A DNA stretch of 64,000 nt, taken from contig JAYYIG010000038.1 in the NCBI GenBank assembly GCA_036147595.1, positions 7,734 to 71,733 of the forward strand, read 5' to 3'. The position numbers and the translations under genes are program-made. Of the stretch, positions 58,645 through 64,000 are shown in pieces. The number at the start of each line of letters is the position of its first letter. The first letter of the stretch is position 1. The notes beneath the pieces are model-generated. The model searched no databases. It was not told where the DNA came from and was given only the letters and a program-made list of their open reading frames with translations. This stretch comes from Verrucomicrobiota bacterium (GTDB lineage: Bacteria > Verrucomicrobiota > Verrucomicrobiia > Opitutales > Seribacteraceae).

Positions 58645-60540
58645 TTAATTCTGACTTACCCCATCCAGCTCTTCCCACTGTGCGTACGCTTCCAGAATTT
58701 TATTTTCCAGTTCAACGAGTTTTTGCTGGTCGCCAAGGGGGTCGTTCTCTGCATTTCGAAAGTAATCAGGCTCCTGCATCGATGCGGTAATTCGGTCACG
58801 ATCCGCTTCCATCTTTTCGATCTTCTGTGGTAATTCTTTGAGAGCTTCTCGTTCCTTATTTAGGAGCTTCCGCTTCTTTGGGACTTCAGGTTCTATTTTC
58901 TTCCTCGACCTGGCCAGTGGCTTTACCTTTTCTTTGGGACGACTCATTTTTTCCAGCCAGTCCTCACAGCCACCGGCATATTCCTCCACCCCACCCTTTC
59001 CGTCAAGGGCGATGGTGGCAGTCACCACATTGTCGAGAAAATCACGGTCATGACTGACCAACAGGAGCGTGCCATCAAAATCAAGCAGTCGTTCCTCCAG
59101 TAATTCAATGGTCTCAATATCCAGATCATTGGTCGGTTCGTCCAAAACAAGCAGGTTGGCGGGTTGAAGAAAAAGTTTTGCTAATAACAAGCGTGCACGC
59201 TCCCCACCCGATAACATCTTTGCGGGTGCCCGAGCAGTTTCCGGTAGGAAAAGAAAATCGCGAAGATAGGATAAAATATGCTTCTTATTCCCATTGACTT
59301 CGACGGTATCCCCATTCGGAGCGACATTCTCCGCTACTGATAAATCTTCCAAGACTTGAGCCTTTAACTGATCAAAATAAGCAACCTCAAGTTTTGTCCC
59401 GTGATCGACTGTGCCGGAAGTCGGCTCCAACTTCTTAAGCAAAAGTTGTAGAAGGGTAGATTTACCGGACCCATTCAGACCTATCACTCCGATCTTATCA
59501 CCTCTCCAAATCGTGGAGGTAAAATCCGAAACAATGTCTTGGGCATCCCATGCATAACTCAGATTTTTGGCCGTGATCACTTTACGACCGGAAGTCTGCC
59601 CCTGATTCGTCCCAGAGAGATTTACCTTACCCTGCAGCTCGCGACGGTCCGCCCGTTCCTCCCGTAATTTAAACAGGGCACGCACCCTGCCCTCGTTTCG
59701 TGTACGGCGTGCCTGGATTCCCTTGCGTATCCAGACCTCTTCCTCTGCCAGTTTTTTATCGAATACGGCATTGTTCTTTTCCTCAGCGGAAAGAAACTCC
59801 GCTTTACGAATCAGAAATTTTTCATACCCACAGGTCCAGGAAGTCAATTTCCCACGATCCAGCTCCAAAATACGGGTGGACAGTGAACGAAGAAATGCAC
59901 GATCATGTGAAACAAACAACACTGCAAACTCCCCTTTTTTGAGAAATTCCTCCAGCCATCGGATTCCGGCAAAATCCAAATGATTGGTAGGCTCGTCCAG
60001 GATCAGCAGATGAGGATCATAAACCAGTGCCTGTGCGAGCATTGCCCGGCTCTTGTTTCCACCAGACAAAGTGTCAAAGGTATCATCCGCTACCAGTCCA
60101 ACCTGATCAATCACGGATGCAATCCGATGATCGAGGCTCCAGCCATCTGTCCGGTCGAGTTCCGACTGTAAGCGGTCCACTTCCTCAGCCAGTCTTTCCT
60201 CCAAGGGGTTTTCTCCGAGTGTTTGGAGAGCCACATTATATTTTCTGAGCAGGTTTGCTTCAGAACCGAGACCCTTTGCGACCAGATCAAAAACGCTACC
60301 CTCCACCCCGACCGGTATTTCCTGATCCAATTTGGAAACCCGAAAGCCATCGATTTTCTCCACCTCACCGGCATCCGGCTTTACCTGCTGGGCAAGTATG
60401 CGCAGCAGCGTTGATTTCCCCTCCCCGTTTCTGCCCAGCAGACAGATCTTTTCTTTCCGGTCGATGGTGATCCCCACTTCATCAAGCAGAACAGGACCCC
60501 CAAAGGATACGGTAAGGTTACGATAACTGATCAAGGCCAC
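58645..60540 (-). CDS. uup: ABC-F ATPase Uup
   Basis: Two ABC domains ([24 protein letters not shown] x2), [21 protein letters not shown] linker, C-terminal coiled coil ending WEEL. Confidence 0.92.
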   Translation of the reverse strand: MALISYRNLTVSFGGPVLLDEVGITIDRKEKICLLGRNGEGKSTLLRILAQQVKPDAGEVEKIDGFRVSKLDQEIPVGVEGSVFDLVAKGLGSEANLLRKYNVALQTLGENPLEERLAEEVDRLQSELDRTDGWSLDHRIASVIDQVGLVADDTFDTLSGGNKSRAMLAQALVYDPHLLILDEPTNHLDFAGIRWLEEFLKKGEFAVLFVSHDRAFLRSLSTRILELDRGKLTSWTCGYEKFLIRKAEFLSAEEKNNAVFDKKLAEEEVWIRKGIQARRTRNEGRVRALFKLREERADRRELQGKVNLSGTNQGQTSGRKVITAKNLSYAWDAQDIVSDFTSTIWRGDKIGVIGLNGSGKSTLLQLLLKKLEPTSGTVDHGTKLEVAYFDQLKAQVLEDLSVAENVAPNGDTVEVNGNKKHILSYLRDFLFLPETARAPAKMLSGGERARLLLAKLFLQPANLLVLDEPTNDLDIETIELLEERLLDFDGTLLLVSHDRDFLDNVVTATIALDGKGGVEEYAGGCEDWLEKMSRPKEKVKPLARSRKKIEPEVPKKRKLLNKEREALKELPQKIEKMEADRDRITASMQEPDYFRNAENDPLGDQQKLVELENKILEAYAQWEELDGVSQN

Positions 60541-60681
60541 GATTCCTTATGACTTTTCACACCGCTTGAGTCGATACATTCCGTCTTCGGAATTTTGTTT
60601 TGCAAAAAAGAAATTACGGTTATCTTCTGTATTAACAAAAAGATGATAGTTTGCTTTGAAACCGGTAGATTGAATTTCGCA

Positions 60682-61362
60682 ATGGCTCGTTTCACAAAGA
60701 GGGCGATAGTAATTTTTGTATTTATATCCCTCTTCAATCTCACCAGTGGATCAAGAAAGAATAGCCCATTTGGTTATTGTGGAGGGTGGATCGGCCAGCA
60801 CTCCGGAAGCAACCGGATTGGAAAGGGAACTGCCGAACTGATTGCACCCTCATGGGCAATCACTGCCGCCCATGTTGCAAAACCCAAGGCAACAAATCCG
60901 GGACAAAGGCATGTTCAGATAAATTTTGGAGGTCACAAAGCGGGAGTAGTGAAGGCCTACATTGCACCACAGGGAGACCTTGCCTTAGTTCGCTTGAAAA
61001 CTCCAATGAAAGCGTGGCCCAAAGTCGCTTTACTCAACAAAACCCTAACCAAAAAAGATGGAGCGGTAAAGTTTACCCTCGTTGGACACTCCGGGGGACT
61101 GCATTTTCACCGGGACCGTAAGGCATTGGGGATGGGATTGAATGCGAGGCATATGACTACAAAGAAAAACAACCCTGGAAAACCAGGAGATAGTGGAGGT
61201 GCATGGGTAATCGAAACAAAGGACCAGCATGTTCTCTTTGCCGTGATTCGTGGCGGCGGTTCGGGTACTCAACCAGCAGCACTCAGAAAATGGATCGACC
61301 TAACGATGATGAAAAGTGGGGAAAAAGCAAACTGGGTATCACTCGAAAAGCTGAAGAAATAA
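60682..61362 (+). CDS. Secreted trypsin-like (S1) serine protease
   Basis: Catalytic triad motifs WAITAAHV, DLALVRL and GDSGG; N-terminal signal peptide from ATG 60682. Confidence 0.85.
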   Translation: MARFTKRAIVIFVFISLFNLTSGSRKNSPFGYCGGWIGQHSGSNRIGKGTAELIAPSWAITAAHVAKPKATNPGQRHVQINFGGHKAGVVKAYIAPQGDLALVRLKTPMKAWPKVALLNKTLTKKDGAVKFTLVGHSGGLHFHRDRKALGMGLNARHMTTKKNNPGKPGDSGGAWVIETKDQHVLFAVIRGGGSGTQPAALRKWIDLTMMKSGEKANWVSLEKLKK

Positions 61363-61473
61363 CTGACGTCAAAAGTTCTTTTTGTATCTTATTGTGATGA
61401 AATTCAGAAAGTTTTATTTCTCGCCTCAACCTAGGTAAAAGTAAGATCACCGATAGATTTACAAATTAGATTT

Positions 61474-63216
61474 TCACGATTTAAGCCCTAAGTATTCCCT
61501 AACCTCAACGAGCTTACGGGTATTGAAAACTTCTTTTGCGGTCAGCCAACCCTTCCGAGCAGCAAGTACCCCTGCTACCTGGTAATTATAATGGTGCAGG
61601 GCATGAGCGTCAGGATTGATACAGCAAAGCAGTCCTTTCTCTGCTGCTCGTCTCCAGTGCCGCCAGTCCATATCCAAACGCATGGGATTGGCATTGAGCT
61701 CAATAATTTTCCCATTGGCTAGAGCGGCATCGATAATCTTCTGAATATTCATGGCACTGGCCTCTCTCCTAAGAAGCAAGCGTCCACTGAGATGACCAAG
61801 CATGGTTACCTGTGGATGTTCCAAAGCTTTAATGATACGCGTGGTCATGGTCTCCTCATCCTGGGTAAGCCCGCTGTGAACGGAAGCAACAACATAGTCA
61901 AGGGATTCAAGATCAGAATCCTCAAAATCCAGCCGCCCACCTGAAAGAATATCCACCTCTGAACCGGAAAAGAGATGTACCCGATATTTTCCGCTCTCAT
62001 TGATGGCCTTGATCGCCTGTACTTGCTTGAGCAACCGTCCCTCATCCAATCCGTTTGCCTGAAAGCTCGCTTTCGAATGATCGGCGATCCCGAGGTATTC
62101 CCACCCTCTGCGATCCGCCTCCTCCGCCACTTCCTCGAGGGTATTGCGACCATCGGATGCGGTGGTGTGGTTATGAAAACATCCTTTAAGGTCGGAAAAT
62201 TCAAGCAGTTCGGGCAGTTCATTTCTTTCAGCCGCTTCCACTTCACCCATTCCTTCACGGAGGGAAGGCGGTACGTACTGCAGTCCCAAAGCCTTAAAAA
62301 TATCCTCCTCTGAATTTGCCTCCACGGGACCTGCCTTGCGGGAGGAATCTTTTTCCTCTTCCGGACGGAGACCCCATTCACTCAGACTTAGTCCCATGGA
62401 AAGTGCTTTCTGGCGCATCCTTACGTTGTGGTCCTTGGATCCGGTAAAATGATGAAGTGCGAAATAAAACTGTTCGGATGGTACCACCCGCAAATCCGCC
62501 TGCATTCCACCTTCCAATCGGATGCTCGACTTGGTATCACCATGAGCTGTAACTTCCGCGATACCTCCCATTGAGGTAAACCAATCCATAATCGGGGCAG
62601 GATCTGCTGACGCCACCAGAAAATCAAGATCCCCCACCGTCTCCATTCCCCGGCGGAAACTACCAGCCGCTTCCACTCTCTCGACTTCCGGTAACCCCTT
62701 CAGACCGGGCAGAATCTTTTCAACCACTGCCCGGGCATCCCACCAGAGATGACGTGCCGCATAGGCTTCGCGGTTTTTAATTCCCGACAAGATTTTTTCC
62801 TGAGTTTTTACTCCAAATCCTTTCAGTTCCGCCACCTTGCCTGCTTGGCAAACCTCAGTAAGTGATTCAATCGAATCCACATTCAACTGCTCATGGAGTA
62901 CTTTTATCTTTTTCCCTCCAAGCCCAGGAATATCGAGCAAATCCATCAACCCGGAAGGCACGGATGCCACCAGTTTATCATAAAATTCAAGTTCTCCAGT
63001 GGCATAGAGGGTTTCAATCTTTTCAGTAAGTGCCTTGCCGATGCCTGGAATATCGCCCAACCTGCCCTCTTCAATCACTTCACCCAGATCCTCTTCCATG
63101 GTTTGCAGGGTGCGGGCACCTGCCGAATACGCCCGTATCTTAAACGGGTTCTCACCCTTGATTTCCATCATCGTCCCTATGCGCTCCAAGACTTCTATTA
63201 TATCCTTCTTATCCAT
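61474..63216 (-). CDS. polX: DNA polymerase X with PHP 3'-5' exonuclease domain
   Basis: GENPFKIRAY, AGSFRR..ETVGDLD, ADLR, FTGSKDHN, HNHTTASDG, DHS, NPDAH. Confidence 0.95.
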   Translation of the reverse strand: MDKKDIIEVLERIGTMMEIKGENPFKIRAYSAGARTLQTMEEDLGEVIEEGRLGDIPGIGKALTEKIETLYATGELEFYDKLVASVPSGLMDLLDIPGLGGKKIKVLHEQLNVDSIESLTEVCQAGKVAELKGFGVKTQEKILSGIKNREAYAARHLWWDARAVVEKILPGLKGLPEVERVEAAGSFRRGMETVGDLDFLVASADPAPIMDWFTSMGGIAEVTAHGDTKSSIRLEGGMQADLRVVPSEQFYFALHHFTGSKDHNVRMRQKALSMGLSLSEWGLRPEEEKDSSRKAGPVEANSEEDIFKALGLQYVPPSLREGMGEVEAAERNELPELLEFSDLKGCFHNHTTASDGRNTLEEVAEEADRRGWEYLGIADHSKASFQANGLDEGRLLKQVQAIKAINESGKYRVHLFSGSEVDILSGGRLDFEDSDLESLDYVVASVHSGLTQDEETMTTRIIKALEHPQVTMLGHLSGRLLLRREASAMNIQKIIDAALANGKIIELNANPMRLDMDWRHWRRAAEKGLLCCINPDAHALHHYNYQVAGVLAARKGWLTAKEVFNTRKLVEVREYLGLKS

Positions 63217-63273
63217 TTCCTCTGAGCATGATAGAATTGGGGGATGAATTCCAAACAAAAGATAGAATAATCT

Positions 63274-64000
63274 TTATTCGTACCTAAGTTTTTTTGAGGT
63301 CAGGGCAGGTTCCTTGAACTTTTTCATCTGAGCAATCAGCTCATCCTTCAATCGGATGAATTGTTCATCGTATCCTTCACGGCCAAAATAATTCACCAGT
63401 TCATCCGGATCTTTTTCCAAGTCATAAAGCCAAGGTTTATCAAGACTGGAGATAACCAACTTGTATCGTCGATCAAAGGCAGCCACCCAAGCTCCACCGG
63501 AATGCCTTACATAAACAATACGATCCTTGGCAATTTTCTTCTTTTTGTTTGTGAAAGCGATGGTGGCATCCAGCCCGTGAAGTTTGGGCAAGTCATTATC
63601 TATGCCCATCAAGCCCATGAGTGTAGGAAAAAAATCAACCGTAGTGTATGCCGTATGAATAACTTTCCCGGAGGGCACGCGATCCGGGTATCGCAAAAGA
63701 AAGGGTATGCCCACTGAAGTCTTGTAAGGAAGACCCTTATTCATACGACAATGCTCGCACATCATGTCTCCATGATCTGAAGTGAACACAACAATCGTGT
63801 TTTTATCCAATTGATTGCTCTTAAGAAAACGAAGGATTTTACCAATGTTGTCATCAATACACCGAACCATCCCGAAATAATTCGACATCGACTCCTGATT
63901 GATTTTTTTGACCAGATTTTTTCCTCCCTCTGTGCTCATCCACCCCGGCTGGTTTCGTAAGGCCGCAAGAACCTTTCTCATGGTAACAGGCTGCTTGAAA
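63274..64000 (-). CDS. Sulfatase (C-terminal part; the 5' end lies beyond the window)
   Basis: YFGMVRCIDDNIGKIL, TIVVFTSDHGDM, KGLPY, LYDLEKDPDELVN. Confidence 0.85.
   Translation of the reverse strand, partial: FKQPVTMRKVLAALRNQPGWMSTEGGKNLVKKINQESMSNYFGMVRCIDDNIGKILRFLKSNQLDKNTIVVFTSDHGDMMCEHCRMNKGLPYKTSVGIPFLLRYPDRVPSGKVIHTAYTTVDFFPTLMGLMGIDNDLPKLHGLDATIAFTNKKKKIAKDRIVYVRHSGGAWVAAFDRRYKLVISSLDKPWLYDLEKDPDELVNYFGREGYDEQFIRLKDELIAQMKKFKEPALTSKKLRYE

Noticed and set aside
58645-63258. Apparently higher GC around uup and polX as a horizontally acquired island
   Set aside because: Visual impression only and not computed; the genes are housekeeping-type, with no integrase, tRNA or flanking repeats.
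852-63717. Many short (60-180 aa) alternative-frame and antisense ORFs in the ORF track
   Set aside because: They overlap well-supported genes and show no motifs; they are shadow ORFs.
1-64000. CRISPR arrays, tRNA/rRNA, IS elements, prophage or anti-phage defence systems
   Set aside because: I saw no spaced direct repeats, cloverleafs, transposase/integrase catalytic motifs or defence-family motifs; intergenic gaps are all under ~300 bp.

Overview
A gene-dense chromosomal window (about 42 CDSs, short intergenic gaps) from a PVC-superphylum bacterium. Gene content suggests a marine Verrucomicrobiota/Opitutales-like organism; this is an inference. It holds a Rhodopirellula/Verrucomicrobium-type ECF sigma/FecR pair, three DUF1549/DUF1553 haem-motif protein + DUF1501 pairs, a DUF1592/DUF1552 pair, sulfatases, a MacAB-TolC-type exporter, metabolic genes (GDH, KGSA dehydrogenase, LtaE, DusB, PhzF-like) and DNA-maintenance genes (SMUG1-type glycosylase, Uup, PolX-PHP). 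I saw no rRNA, tRNA, CRISPR array, prophage or IS. The best leads are: (1) a membrane protein that looks like a tandem duplication of a GIDE-TM-LemA unit with a C-terminal GYF_2-like domain; (2) a ~13-kb run linking a giant cytochrome-WD40-DUF1549/1553 protein and a DUF1501 protein to TolC/MFP/MacB; (3) a secreted LamG-C-type lectin with intact EPN/WND motifs and an aromatic C-terminal domain; (4) an animal/ciliate-like 'antenna' GDH; (5) an orphan putative DNA-binding protein tightly adjacent to the ECF sigma; (6) a candidate sRNA; (7) a rhodanese frameshifted in an A7 run. All family assignments come from reading motifs by eye, not from database searches.
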